From contig CATNEN010000027.1 of the NCBI GenBank assembly GCA_950097015.1, positions 124,001 through 188,000 on the forward strand: DNA of 64,000 nt, read 5' to 3'. The notes under the pieces were generated by a model that saw only the letters and a program-made list of their open reading frames with translations, was not told the origin of the DNA and did no database searches. This document shows positions 51,220 to 62,604 of this stretch, piece by piece (position 1 is the first letter of the stretch; every line of letters begins with the position of its first letter). A program made the translations under genes and the position numbers. The stretch is from Macrostomum hystrix (lineage: Eukaryota > Animalia > Platyhelminthes).

Positions 51220-52321
51220 TCTTTAACGATGTATCTAAAGCTAGGCTTCTCTTCTAGTTGTATATTATTGTAGATTCTACGCAGTCTGCATACTATAAAG
51301 AAATTTAAACTAATTGTTTGTCTTCGAAGTAATTCTGTAATTAATAGCTCTGGCTACTGAGATACTGTTGTAAAATCAAAGTGTTCAGAGAGAATTGCAA
51401 GCTCGGTTGTAAGAAAGGGTTTGACAATGTAAGAATGTGCAGTATTCTTTTAAAGGGACCACTAGGACCAGTCAGTGTTCAGGCAGACCAGCCAACAGAA
51501 AGCTTTAGTGCGCATAACCTTACAGCCAACTCAGCATTTTCTTGCCTGTACGTACACCTTTCTTCTCTGTCCTCTCGCTCTGGTCTCAATTTTACTCAGC
51601 CCTACCACCCCAGATTTCTGTCTATTCTATAATCAAGCTGCAGATTTTGTCACTCCCAGGCGATTCCACCCGCCTCTCCGTTCTCTGTACAACCGCCTCG
51701 TTTCTCTGGACCGCTATGCCCACCCTCTGGCCGTCGGCCCCAGGTACTATCCATACACCAGCCATTATTAAGTTCTTGCAGCCTTACAACTGCCTTTCCA
51801 TTGCCTCCCCTTTAATTTCGCCATTCAGAACGTCCGATGGGGCACCTTGTTTATCTCAAACTCTTTCCACCCTTCCCTGGAAATTTCCTATCCTACATTT
51901 TTTCTAGCTTGTCGGCTCTCTACGGCCTTTTTTCTACCCCTCGTCTCAGGTTTCCTCCCCAATCAGTAGCGTAACGCTGATTTGTTTTTTCGTGACACAA
52001 TATGCTTTGTTACGTTTCAAGAAATACATATCACAAAGGGTGTTATCATAAATTTTTTTTGCCTAGCGAGCTTGTAGCCAATTGGTTCGAGCTTTGAACT
52101 TCTGAACGAGAGGTCCTGAGTTCGAATCCAATTTAGCATTTTGTCTCAATAATTGTCTAATTTTCTTACAAATTTTTCTTTAAGAATGACACTTAAGCTT
52201 ACCAGCTTTAGTTAAACAAATATATCTGTTAGTACATTCTCTCTAATTGTCTAATCAATTATGGCCCGAAATGCTCATGGATATTTATGCTACTACTATT
52301 TCAGCCAATAGTCAGCTCAGC
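51220..52321. promoter_or_regulatory. Divergent (possibly bidirectional) upstream region of NEK9 and PRPF19
   Basis: Start codons face apart 1.1 kb; inferred from geometry only. Confidence 0.45.
52065..52135 (+). pseudogene. tRNA-like pseudogene or SINE head
   Basis: A-box-like GTAGCCAATTGG and B-box GAGTTCGAATCC; acceptor stem does not pair. Confidence 0.45.
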
Positions 52322-52648
52322 ATGTCCCTATCGTGCAGCATATGCCAGGAGGTGCCCGAGTGCCCTTGCGTCTCCCAGGTGTCTGGCCACGTATTTGAAC
52401 GTCGCCTAATTGAAAAGTACATCCAAGAGAACGGCACAGATCCAATTAACGGCGAGCAATTGTCTGTTGACCAGCTGGTGGACATTAAGGTGCCGCCGTC
52501 GGCTAAACCGCGACCGCCAAGCGCCACCAGCATCCCGGCTATATTGAAGGCCCTGCAGGATGAATGGGACGCTGTTATGCTGCACTCGTTCACTCTGCGA
52601 CAACAGCTGCAGACGGCCAGACAGGAGCTGTCCCAGACTATGTACCAG
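52322..52648 (+). CDS. PRPF19: Pre-mRNA-processing factor 19, exon 1 (U-box, coiled coil)
   Basis: [18 protein letters not shown]...[17 protein letters not shown]...[18 protein letters not shown]...YQ|gtgact. Confidence 0.95.
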
Positions 52649-52729
52649 GTGACTATATGCCTTTTTATCTCAATTTTCTGTATTTGGGATCGTGTTTACC
52701 AAGAGTTGGATTTTAATTTAGGCGTCTAG

Positions 52730-53060
52730 AATATTAATTTCACTGGCACATCAATTGTTGTCAGTAGACCCGCAGCCAGCGAGAATACAATTCTGCCCAT
52801 GCCGCTGACTCCTGAGACCTGAGCACACACTCCCACAGGCACATGCTAAAATGTGTGTACATTTGCCCTGACATCGTCAGGCAGTGTATAATCTCACTGT
52901 GCCTTGAATGTTGGCCCTCAAAGGCATAAATTACACGAAACGCCCCCAAGCCTTCTCTCCGCGGCTGCGCAACAAAATAGAAGTGTCCTCACCGTAAAAT
53001 CGAGCTCAGGGGCCATGGTGCGAGACGCAAGCGCGTTAGACCACTCTGCCACTCACCCCT
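52730..53060 (-). mobile_element. SINE family A, copy 3 (in PRPF19 intron 1)
   Basis: Reverse complement begins AGGGGTGAGTGGCAGAGTGGTCTAACGCG and matches the other copies. Confidence 0.75.
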
Positions 53061-53220
53061 CCTGATGTGGGATTCAGGTCTGAGGAATTTTAATTGCGTT
53101 TATCTAAATGTGGCATGTGGGATAAGAATTCGACAACTCTAGATTTTTAACCTGTTAATGAGGTCTTCATAAACCAGTTTTGTCCATCTCCGTAATGTCA
53201 TAAAATCCCCAAATCCCCAG

Positions 53221-53832
53221 CACGACGCCGCCTGCCGAGTTATCGCCCGCCTCACAAAGGAGGTGACAGCCGCCAGGGAGGCCCTGGCCACGCTGAAGCC
53301 GCAGACGATTCAGCAGCAGCTGCCGCCATCGGCTGCCGCTACGCCGCAGCATCCGCCGCCAACGCCGGAGCACATTGGCGCCGGCGGCGACGTTCATCAG
53401 CAGGCCGCGCTCGAGGAGCCGTCAGGCATGTCGGACGCCGTCACCAGCCGGCTCGAGCAGAAGGCCAAAGAGCTCACCGCTCAGCGAAAACAGCGCGGCA
53501 AATCCGCTCCAGAGGGCCTTTGCTCGATGGACTCAGTTGCCGCCTACCGCCAGCTGGCCAGCCACATCGGCCTGCACTCGGCCTCCAATCCTGGCATTCT
53601 CTGTCTGGACGCTTTCCAAGCTAATCCGGCTCGGGTGGTCACGGGAGGCAACGACAAGAATGTGGCCGTGTTCAACACCGACGCCCAGCAGTTGGTGTGC
53701 TCGCTTCACGGCCACAGTAAGAAGGTCACGTCTGTGGCGCATCATCCTTACGAGGAGGATCTGGTGTTCAGCGGCGGCCAGGACGCCTTGATACTGATGT
53801 GGGATCCACGCAGTGCCAGCGTTCGAACTCAG
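53221..53832 (+). CDS. PRPF19: PRPF19 exon 2
   Basis: ccccag|HDAACRVIARLTKEVTAAREALATLKP...GLHSAS..WD40 repeats|gtttgc. Confidence 0.93.
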
Positions 53833-53884
53833 GTTTGCTCAGCCGATGTTTTCACATAAGTTTATCGCGCAAGACATCCCGATA

Positions 53885-54720
53885 TAGAAATCCTATGCAT
53901 TTCCCCATGGATTCCCCATAGAATCCCCATGGATTTCTTCCAGGAATCCCCATGGATTTACTCACAGGAATCCCCATAGATTTCTTCACAAGAATCCCCA
54001 TGTATTTCCTCACAAGAATCCCCATGGATTTCTTCCAGGAATCCCAATGGATTTACTCACAAGAATCCCCATGGATTTCTTCCAGGAATCCCCATAGATC
54101 TCTTCACAAGAATCCCCATGGATTTCTTCCAGGAATCCCCATGGATTTCTTCCAGGAATCCCCATGGATTTCTTCCAGGAATCCCCATGTATTTCCTCAC
54201 AAGAATCCCCATGGATTTCTTCCAGGAATCCCCATGGATTTCTTCCAGGAATCCCCAAGGATTTAGTCACAGGAATCCCCATAGATTTCTTGACAAGAAT
54301 CCCTATGCATTTCCTCACAATAATCCCCATGGATTTCTTCCAGGAATCCCCATGGATTTCTTCCAGGAATCCCCAAGGATTTAGTCACAGGAATCCCCAT
54401 AGATTTCTTGACAAGAATCCCTATGCATTTCCTCACAATAATCCCCATGGATTTCTTCCAGGAATCCCCATGGATTTACTCACAGGAATCCCCATAGATC
54501 TCTTCACAAGAATCCCCATGGATTTCTTCCAGGAATCCCCATGGATTTCTTCCAGGAATCCCCATGGATTTCTTTCAGGAATCCCCATGGATTTACTCAC
54601 AGGAATCCCCATAGATCTCTTCTCAGGAATCCCCATACATTTCCTTTCAGGAATCCCATGGATTTCCTCACGGGAATCCCATGGATTTCCTCAAAGGAAT
54701 CCCCATGGATTTTCTCACAT
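53885..54720. repeat. ~23-bp minisatellite filling PRPF19 intron 2
   Basis: AGGAATCCCCATGGATTTCTTCC variants. Confidence 0.92.
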
Positions 54721-54749
54721 AATTCACCATATACTCTCTCTTCTCGCAG

Positions 54750-54965
54750 ATTCGCGCTCACGAAGACGCCGTGACCGCCCTTTCCGTTCATCCAACCGGC
54801 GACTTTCTACTGTCCGGCTCTCGCGATGGCACCTGGGCATTCGCCGACATCCGCGCCGGCCGCCTGCTTGTCCGGGTGGCCGACCCGGCCGGACACCAGC
54901 CGCTCACTTGCGCCCAGCTGCATCCAGACGGCATGATTGCCGCCACTGGCACCAAGGATGCTCAG
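54750..54965 (+). CDS. PRPF19: PRPF19 exon 3 (WD40)
   Basis: ctcgcag|IRAHEDAVTALSVHPTGDFLLS...LHPDG..GTKDAQ|gttggt. Confidence 0.93.
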
Positions 54966-55009
54966 GTTGGTTCTGTGTGCTCAGCTAACTGCTGTATGCT
55001 CAACTTCTC

Positions 55010-55345
55010 CTGTCACTCTCTACCTGTCACTCCCATCTCCCCTGTCACTCCCCTCTCTACCTGTCACTCCCATCTCCCCTGTCACTGCCCTCTCCCCTGT
55101 CACTCCCCTGTTCCCTGTAACTCCCCTTTCCTGTCACTTCCCTCTCTACATGTCACTCCCCTCTCTACCTGTCACTCCCCTCTCTACCTGTCACTCTCCT
55201 CTCTACCTGTCACTCCCCTCTCTACCTGTCACTCTCCTCTTCCCCGTAACTCCCCTCTCCCCTGTCACTCCCCTCTCTACCTGTCACTCTCCTCTCTATT
55301 TGTCACTCTTCTCTTCCCTGTCACTCCTGTTTCCCTGTAACTCTA
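55010..55345. repeat. ~19-bp pyrimidine minisatellite in PRPF19 intron 3
   Basis: TGTCACTCCCCTCTCTACC. Confidence 0.88.
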
Positions 55346-55514
55346 TTTTTCTGTGACTTTCTGTTGTATATCTCTAATTGTAAGCAGCCTCTCTCACTCT
55401 ATCTAAACTTGATCTGTTAACACCCTGATCTCTCTCTCCGTCCGTCACTGTCACGTGGATAATGATTTCCGTTTTAATTCGCTTTCACTGTAACTAAACC
55501 GCCTCCCAATCCAG

Positions 55515-55952
55515 GTGAAAATCTGGGACCTACGAGAGCAGAAGAACCTGGCCAACTTTTCTGAGCACACAGCTCCACTGTCGGCTCTAGCCTTCTCCGA
55601 GAATGGCTACTATCTGGCCACGGCCGCCGAGGACGCCACTGTGCGGCTCTGGGACTTGCGCAAGCTGAAGAACTTCAAAGTTCTCCACCTGGCTGGATCC
55701 GGCGGCTCCGAGTCCCAGACTGCCGCCGCCACTTCTTACGCCCGGGCGCTGGCTTTCGACCACTCCGGCACTTACCTGGCAGCCGGCGGTGGTGATATAC
55801 GACTCTACCACACCAAACAGTTCAACGAGCTGTGCTCTCTGGATAATCACACGGCCGCTGTTACCGGCCTGCGCTTTGGCGCCAACGCGCGCTCAATTGT
55901 TAGCTGCTCTCTAGACCGCAGCCTGAAGGTGTTCGGCTCCGGCGCCGACTAG
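55515..55952 (+). CDS. PRPF19: PRPF19 exon 4 (WD40)
   Basis: ccag|VKIWDL...FSENGYYLATAAED..VRLWDLRKLKNFK...SLDRSLKVF; total 530 aa. Confidence 0.95.
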   Translation: MKIWDLREQKNLANFSEHTAPLSALAFSENGYYLATAAEDATVRLWDLRKLKNFKVLHLAGSGGSESQTAAATSYARALAFDHSGTYLAAGGGDIRLYHTKQFNELCSLDNHTAAVTGLRFGANARSIVSCSLDRSLKVFGSGAD

Positions 55953-56399
55953 CGGCCTCTCATTGTCGCCCGCTATCCATCGCTGACTATTTTGCTGCAA
56001 AAGCAAATCTGCTAAGCATACTTTTCTCTACTTGTCGCTCCAGCACCTGTCTATGCTAATGAAGAATGGACATATTAAGGCAGCGATGAAATTCTATACG
56101 CATCTTTTCTAAGACTTCTTTAATTTTCACGGCCCTTTCGCTTTGCATCTGATTTGCGTGCAGCACCATTAATGCATCAACTGTTTAAGTAGTTGCTGCC
56201 TTGAAAACTATCCACAAATCTTTGTCCGTGTATGTACCCTTTATTTTATTTTTTCCTATAGTGACTTTTAAAAAATAAATGTGGTTTAGCTATGTCAAGT
56301 AGGGAAAGTTTTTCCGGTGTCTCTATTTCATATTGTCTGTTTCATTAAATAAGTAAATGAAAAAATGCGTAATATACTTGTCGATTGTTCGTCTAACAA

Positions 56400-56612
56400 G
56401 TACCTATAGTAAGTACCTAAGTACGCAAGTACCTAAGTACGCAAGTACCTAAGTACGCAAGTACCTAAGTACGCAAGTACCTAAGTACGCAAGTACCTAA
56501 GTACGCAAGTACCTAAGTACGCAAGTACCTAATTACGCAAGTACCTAAGTACGCAAGTACCTAAGTACGCAAGTACCTAAGTACGCAAGTACCTAAGTAC
56601 GCAAGTACCTAT
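56400..56612. repeat. 16-bp minisatellite
   Basis: AAGTACCTAAGTACGC. Confidence 0.93.
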
Positions 56613-57024
56613 GCATAACTATGTGTTATTTAGGCCAGTAACGTTGCAGGATAACCTCTGATTTTCGATTAGCCTATGGATAGGTTCCTACGTGCATTTT
56701 GTGCTTAAAATACCAAATCACCTATGTACGTTGCATTCGTGTTGCGTTTTTGTCAATTTTTTGTTTTACTAGAATTCAGCGGCGCATGTTAAACACGCAA
56801 GCAATTATTGGCAGTTACATCTGGTTACAGCAAAAAAGCTATAATTCGCGTCGGATGTTAGCCAATACAGAAATTGATGTGTGTTAATAAAGTTCGTTTG
56901 AAAACTCTATGATTAGTTCAATGTTGCGCTACCTTGCTGTCTGAAAAGTATGTTCAGACTGTCGACTTAGTCTATTGATTTCTTGGCTTTTTATTTTATT
57001 TTTTACATCGACTGCTTTCATCTA

Positions 57025-57230
57025 GAGCCTTGTACGCCGGTGGTACAAGTTTCTTACTTTTGACCATGCGGTCGGGGATTCGAATCTCAGCCTGTGGGAA
57101 GCAAATTGTGTCTTTTAGCAAAGCATTCAACTCTCTCCAGTTCACCCAGCTGTCAGATGGTTACTAGCTGTAGTACCTCCCCAGCCCACAGCATTTAGAA
57201 TCGCTGTGCAATAACTGCGGCTGTGGCACT
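57025..57230 (+). mobile_element. SINE family B copy
   Basis: GATTCGAATC box, TTGTGTCTTTTAGCAAAGC...CAGTTCACCCAGCTG, tail GCAATAACTGCGGCTGTGGC. Confidence 0.7.
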
Positions 57231-57256
57231 GGCTGTACATCTGGCCCCCTGGGCTA

Positions 57257-58640
57257 TGTGTCATTTTGATACTCATCTCGCAGTGATTGAGTCGCTGTAT
57301 TGGGACGACACCACCGGGATTCGAGATTCCGAAGTTGACGTTGACAAGGAGGCCTGGGCGCCAAGATGCTGGCTGCGGCCGTCACGTTATTATGTGCGAC
57401 TTTATATTTTGTCTGACCGACCCGACGGCGGCGGCATTAGAGGTGCGCGCAATGGAGCAGAGGCGCTGGTCAAGTGCACGCGCTTTATGCTGGACTACAC
57501 CGAAGATGATTCAACTGCGCTTCGGTCTCTAGTTCAGCGCCTGGCCTTGCCGGTAGACATCACCGCTGACGTCTGTGATCGCTGTCACTTATTTATTAAT
57601 CGCCCAAAGTTCATTCGACGCCTACACAACGCTGAATACCGACGAGATGCGCATGAGCACCAAGACAAAAAGCTGCTAAGCGTTGAGGACTATGCGGCAC
57701 TTTAGTCTTCTTGCGGCACAGTGGCCTAGAAGGAGATGCCAATGTCGATGACGAAGTCGATCAGGCTAACGGCGGCTGTGATGATAATTACCAAGAAGAC
57801 AACGACGACAAAGAAATAAGATGACGTTTTGGATGTAGACAATGAGGATGATGAAGATGACGATGATTGTGATGAGCGGCAGCAGCGGCCCCGTCAGTGG
57901 CAAGGGCGACGTCGGCAGAGATCCAGTCGTCAGCCGTGAGGACGGGTGGTTGCACATCCGGAACCGGATCGCTGTGCACGCTCAGAATGAGTTTGCGTGT
58001 CCGGCCCGGCCTGGCGCGGACTTCGCGTCGCATTATCCTCCCAGGCAGTTCCTGTGATAATACCAGCATCGGGTATTCGACCATCCGGTTGCCTGTGGCA
58101 CACGTACGTAGCCATAAGAAGAAGCGCAGCGTCGGCTGCAGCGTGCTCACCATGCCGACGACCTTCGTGGAGCTTCTGCTGTCCTGGCTTGTCAGCGACG
58201 GGCCAAACATATTAACTTCCTGAATCACAAAACATCGACATCGTCGAGATATTCAAAGATTTTCGTCAGGGTGTCTGGTGGCAAGAACCACCAATCTAGA
58301 CATATCTTTTCTGCTCACAAAATTTCAGCACGTAACCATGTCGTCCATCATGTTGTTGACTAATTCAGACTGTTTAAATTTGTATTATTTACATTTTTGA
58401 ACCAACATGGATTCGCCATAGACGTTTATGCAGAGCAATGTTAGTTGTTTATGTCACAAGAGTCTCCGACTAGAATCACTGAATATCTCAACGATGCCGC
58501 TCGGACGGCTTTGAAACTTTGTTCATCGCAAGGACAACTTAATAACTTAATAACAGTTATTAAGTTGTCCTTGGTTCATCGTAAAATGCGGAAAACTTTG
58601 ATTCAGATCAGGTGGACTTCTACGAAATGGTGTAATTGAT
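57257..58640 (+). pseudogene. Frameshifted coding-like relic, possibly tyrosine-recombinase (Crypton-like)
   Basis: A ~150-aa ORF continues through single-base shifts into an acidic tract, then IRNRI...ARPG and VRSHKKKRSVG..LTMP..VELLLSWL. The family assignment is from recalled motif resemblance only. Confidence 0.35.
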
Positions 58641-58930
58641 TTTTCTCGTACTTTTTTGTCATAATGTACGCTTTGCCTGAAAACATTATGTATTTGTTTT
58701 CAGCCTGTGAAATGCATGGTTAATTGCATGGCCTCGTTTCGAGCTCATTTTTAGTGTCTTTGGCCATAGACGGCTACTCCACTGTTAAAGAAATAGTATA
58801 ACTGTAGATTCGTTTTGTTTCACTTTCGCGAATTTTGGTATGCAATTGTGCTTCTATTAATTTGCTTTAGTTCGACAATCGTGCATAGAGGAATAGTTGC
58901 TATCCAATTGCCGATACCTGATCTGCAGGC

Positions 58931-59212
58931 ATGACTTTGAGGCCATGGTGCACGCCGGAGATGTCATCCCGGCAGATTGTGCTCAGCCATGGCTTCCTGC
59001 AGGAATTCCTCACCGAAATGGTCACATTGAAGCTGTTTCACAGTCCCTACCTGATTTTTTTCTCGCTAAGCGCCACATTCTTCGTATTGGCTCTGTTAAT
59101 CTTGGCCTATCCGGAGTACTTCGCCTACACCATGTTCGACGAGTGGGACAGTTATGATAGGCTGTTCGAGAGGGCCGATCGGGTGCTGCAGGGCGCGGGC
59201 AATCAGCAGGAT
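58931..59212 (+). CDS. Orphan single-pass membrane protein, exon 1
   Basis: ctgcag|gcATG; hydrophobic segment YLIFFSLSATFFVLALLILAY; donor GAT|gtgagt. Confidence 0.65.
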
Positions 59213-59279
59213 GTGAGTGGCATGTCACCCTTGTTTCAAATAATTCACCTAGGCATATCAAATCTACTAGCTAGCTGGC

Positions 59280-59545
59280 GTGAGTTCTGCTCAGGTTAGA
59301 CAGTGTGAGTTCTGCTCAGGTTAGACAGAGTGAGTTCTGCTCAGGTTAGACAGTGTGAGTTCTGCTCAGGTTAGACAGAGTGAGTTCTGCTCAGGTTAGA
59401 CAGAGTGAGTTCTGCTCAGGTTAGACAGTGTGAGTTCTGCTCAGGTTAGACAGTGTGAGTTCTGCTCAGGTTAGACAGTGTGAGTTCTGCTCAGGTTAGA
59501 CAGTGTGAGTTCTGCTCAGGTTAGACAGTGTGAGTTCTGCTCAAC
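59280..59545. repeat. 25-bp minisatellite carrying splice-site-like motifs
   Basis: TGAGTTCTGCTCAGGTTAGACAGTG. Confidence 0.93.
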
Positions 59546-59562
59546 TAACCAAGTAAAGTGTC

Positions 59563-59778
59563 GGTACACAGACAGTTGCCAAAGGTACACTCAAACACAG
59601 ACAGTTGCCAAAGGTACACTCAAACACAGACAGTTGCCAAAGGTACACTCAAACACAGACAGTTGCCAAAGGTACACTCAAACACAGACAGTTGCCAAAG
59701 GTACACTCAAACACAGACAGTTGCCAAAGGTACACTCAAACACAGACAGTTGCCAAAGGTACACTCAAACACAGACAG
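59563..59778. repeat. 29-bp minisatellite
   Basis: CACAGACAGTTGCCAAAGGTACACTCAAA. Confidence 0.93.
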
Positions 59779-60007
59779 GTGAGGCAGTGTACACGAGTAG
59801 ATACACACAGATAGTGGCAGTGTAAGGTACACTCAGACACAGACAGCGGCAGTGTAGATACACACACGTGAGGCAGTGTAGGTACACACAGACACAGGCA
59901 AGGCAGTGCATGTAGGTACATCAGGTATGCACAGGTTCTACAATTTTATTTCGTGCGCGTGGGAGCAAAGTGAAGGCCAGGGTTTAGTATACCACAAGTA
60001 AAGCCAG

Positions 60008-60331
60008 GTATCCAGAATGACGCGAAACTTATCTCGGCAGACGCACATGGAGAATGAGCTGGCGATGCTGGCAACCGAGACTCGAGGCCAGCGCCAACTC
60101 GAGGAGCTGCTCGAAGAGAAGCCGCGCCACCTACCGCTGCTGCATCGGCTCTGGCTGCGGGAGGCACACAGCAGGTTTGGGCCGAAGCTACACGCTCTCC
60201 TATCCGAATACGAAGAGTGCGGCACCAACATCCAGCGGGTCTGCCTGAACGAGACCGCCACAGATCTGCGCAAGGTTCGCAGCAACGCCAGCCGAGCGTC
60301 TGAACTGTCCGACGAGGACGCGACGTCGTGA
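60008..60331 (+). CDS. Orphan single-pass membrane protein, exon 2
   Basis: gccag|VSRMTRNLSRQ...EDATS*; phase 0 and GC-rich like other exons. About 201 aa in total. Confidence 0.6.
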   Translation, partial: VSRMTRNLSRQTHMENELAMLATETRGQRQLEELLEEKPRHLPLLHRLWLREAHSRFGPKLHALLSEYEECGTNIQRVCLNETATDLRKVRSNASRASELSDEDATS

Positions 60332-61259
60332 TATATAGCGAGGACTGAACTACAGAATGATCTTGCCATGTACTCAGAGCCCAGCTCTTTACATTGCATA
60401 AATGGAATCTGAATTGGCTCAGGTTACTTTATTAGCAACTTTATTAAAATTGTTAAAGCAGTGGAAAGCTTTTCAGATGTTATACTGTTAAACAGTTTGG
60501 TTCAAAATCTGTCAGGCGTTGAATAATAATAATCCTCTTGAATGTACCTAAAGCTTGCTTGGTTTTCACTTAAAGCGCTGGTTATACTGAAGCGGTCCAA
60601 GACACCCGATTTTAGGCTAATGCAGTTAGATGTCGCAGGCGCGGTAGAGTCTTATAATTAGTTGATCTACGTACGCACAACGCACAACAAGATACCGTCA
60701 TATCTTAGAAGCAAAAACTTCTTCTCGAGGTCTCACTCGCCAACCTCCGGACAAAATTCTACCTCTGCCTCAGCTCCTGGTCAGCTAGGATTAATCCTTA
60801 TTAGGCGCGAGTGAGCAGTCATTTTGATTTTGCACTGTATCGTTGACCACCATTGACCGAATTAAATCAGTTCTTACAAATAATATATAATGATAAAGCC
60901 ACTCTCCAACGATACCACGAATAATTATGCTGCAATTGCTGCAAAATTAAAAATGATCTCAAGTGAACTTTTGTCAAATTAAAAATTAGGGGCCTATCCT
61001 TTGGAAAAAATGTCAAATCAAATTTGAATTCAAACAATTTGTATGTGGTCGACTATTATTTCCCCAATACTTATTTGTTAGTTTTTTATTTTATATTTAT
61101 GAGATTATTTGCACAATTTGTAACTCATACATCTGATGTACAGAGAGAGCAAAAGAGAAAAAAGTGGAGAGAGTAGATGAGAAGAAAAATAGAGAAGATG
61201 GGGGTATGAAAATTAGACCAAAGAAATGTCATAAAATTAAGTTGCAATTTGTCCTAGGG

Positions 61260-61700
61260 GTAATTAGATAATATAGGCCTATAGGAAAATCACACCTCTG
61301 TTAGGCTACCAATATTGTCCTAGGCCCTAGTGTTAATTAATATTCTAACTCTACTTTCACAATGTTGTTGTATTTCTTGTTTTTAGGCCTAATAGGCCTA
61401 TTCTATGAAAGTTGTTTTTATAGAGGTATTTTATATAATGTCTAAGTCATGTTAATATTTTCTTAGAATTAGTCTCTGAGAATGTATTTTATATATTTCA
61501 AAGAATTTCTTGGTAGGCCTAGCCTAGAGTATTTAGGCCCTAGTCTGGTAGCATATTTAGTTATTCTGAGTATCACATTTAGTTAGTCTAGGTGGCATAT
61601 TTAGTTATTCTGGCCAAGTACTTTATTGTATGTATGTATTTCTGATTATAGGCTTTCCAAAGAGTTTACCAATGATCTCAAGTGTACAGCTATATTTTCT
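61260..61700. repeat. AT-rich interspersed repeat rich in TAGGCCTA, copy 2
   Basis: Homologous to 31250-31570. Confidence 0.55.
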
Positions 61701-62183
61701 ACTTCTCTCTCTCTCTTGAATCTTTCTGAGTATTGTATATGAACTTTGTTCCTAACTGTGTTGAACAAGGTTAGATTTTCCCTTGATTTTGCTCGGACTG
61801 TATTTATACTAAAATTGTATAGTTTTAAGTAAAATATTTTTGCATTAAAACAAATTTATGCAATTTAAATGTATTAAAACAAAATATTTATAAAAAAGTT
61901 GGTGACCATAGGGGGTGGGTGGATTCTAAAAATGGGCTTCAGATTTTCATCCTTTTTGGCACTATACTTGGCGAGCTCAATACTCTTTGAGTGGAACCAC
62001 AATACTCTTTCAGATACTTTGTATAGGCCTATCAAAGAGTATTTACTGTTGGCTAGCCATCCTTGTATTTCTATGGTAATTATTGATTTAAAAATATGTT
62101 TTCTTTACTTTTCCAGCACATCACTCTTAGTCAATAATTGGTTGTAACTGTGAGTAGCAAGTCTTCTCAAATTGGTGCTCCTG

Positions 62184-62480
62184 ATGTCTTCATTTGTCAA
62201 TTTGCCAAAGCCCTCTCAGGTGAAGCCGCCAGACAAAGGCTCATTTCCTCTGGATCACTATGGCGAGTGCAAACAAGAAATGACAGAATACATGCATTGT
62301 CTAAAGTTGAATGACAGCGACCAGTCGCAATGCAAGCACCTGTCTAAGAGATATTTTCAGTGTCGCATGGACAACAGACTGATGGCGCGGGAGGATTTAG
62401 AATTTCTCGGCTTTCACAATAATCAGCAGCAGCAGCAGCAGCAAAACCCAGTCGGTAGTGCTGCAAAAAAGGACATTTGA
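62184..62480 (+). CDS. COX19: Cytochrome c oxidase assembly protein COX19
   Basis: PPDKGSFPLDHYGECK...YMHCL...CKHLSKRYFQCRMDNRLM; twin CX9C motif, intronless. Confidence 0.95.
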   Translation: MSSFVNLPKPSQVKPPDKGSFPLDHYGECKQEMTEYMHCLKLNDSDQSQCKHLSKRYFQCRMDNRLMAREDLEFLGFHNNQQQQQQQNPVGSAAKKDI

Positions 62481-62604
62481 CCGAGCGTGAAAAACACTCT
62501 GCATTTTCCGCTAAATAACTATTTAACTTATAGATTTTAAATAAACATTGTTAGTTGTTTTCCCTAAAGTGAAGCAAACTGGATTTTGGGATTACCTCAC
62601 CTGA

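Noticed and set aside
51475-51990. Retroelement fragment between NEK9 and PRPF19
   Set aside because: GC-richer sequence, but no recognisable RT, endonuclease or RNase H motif.
52065-52135. Functional tRNA gene
   Set aside because: The acceptor stem does not pair. All tRNA-like sequences in the window are SINE heads or pseudogenes.
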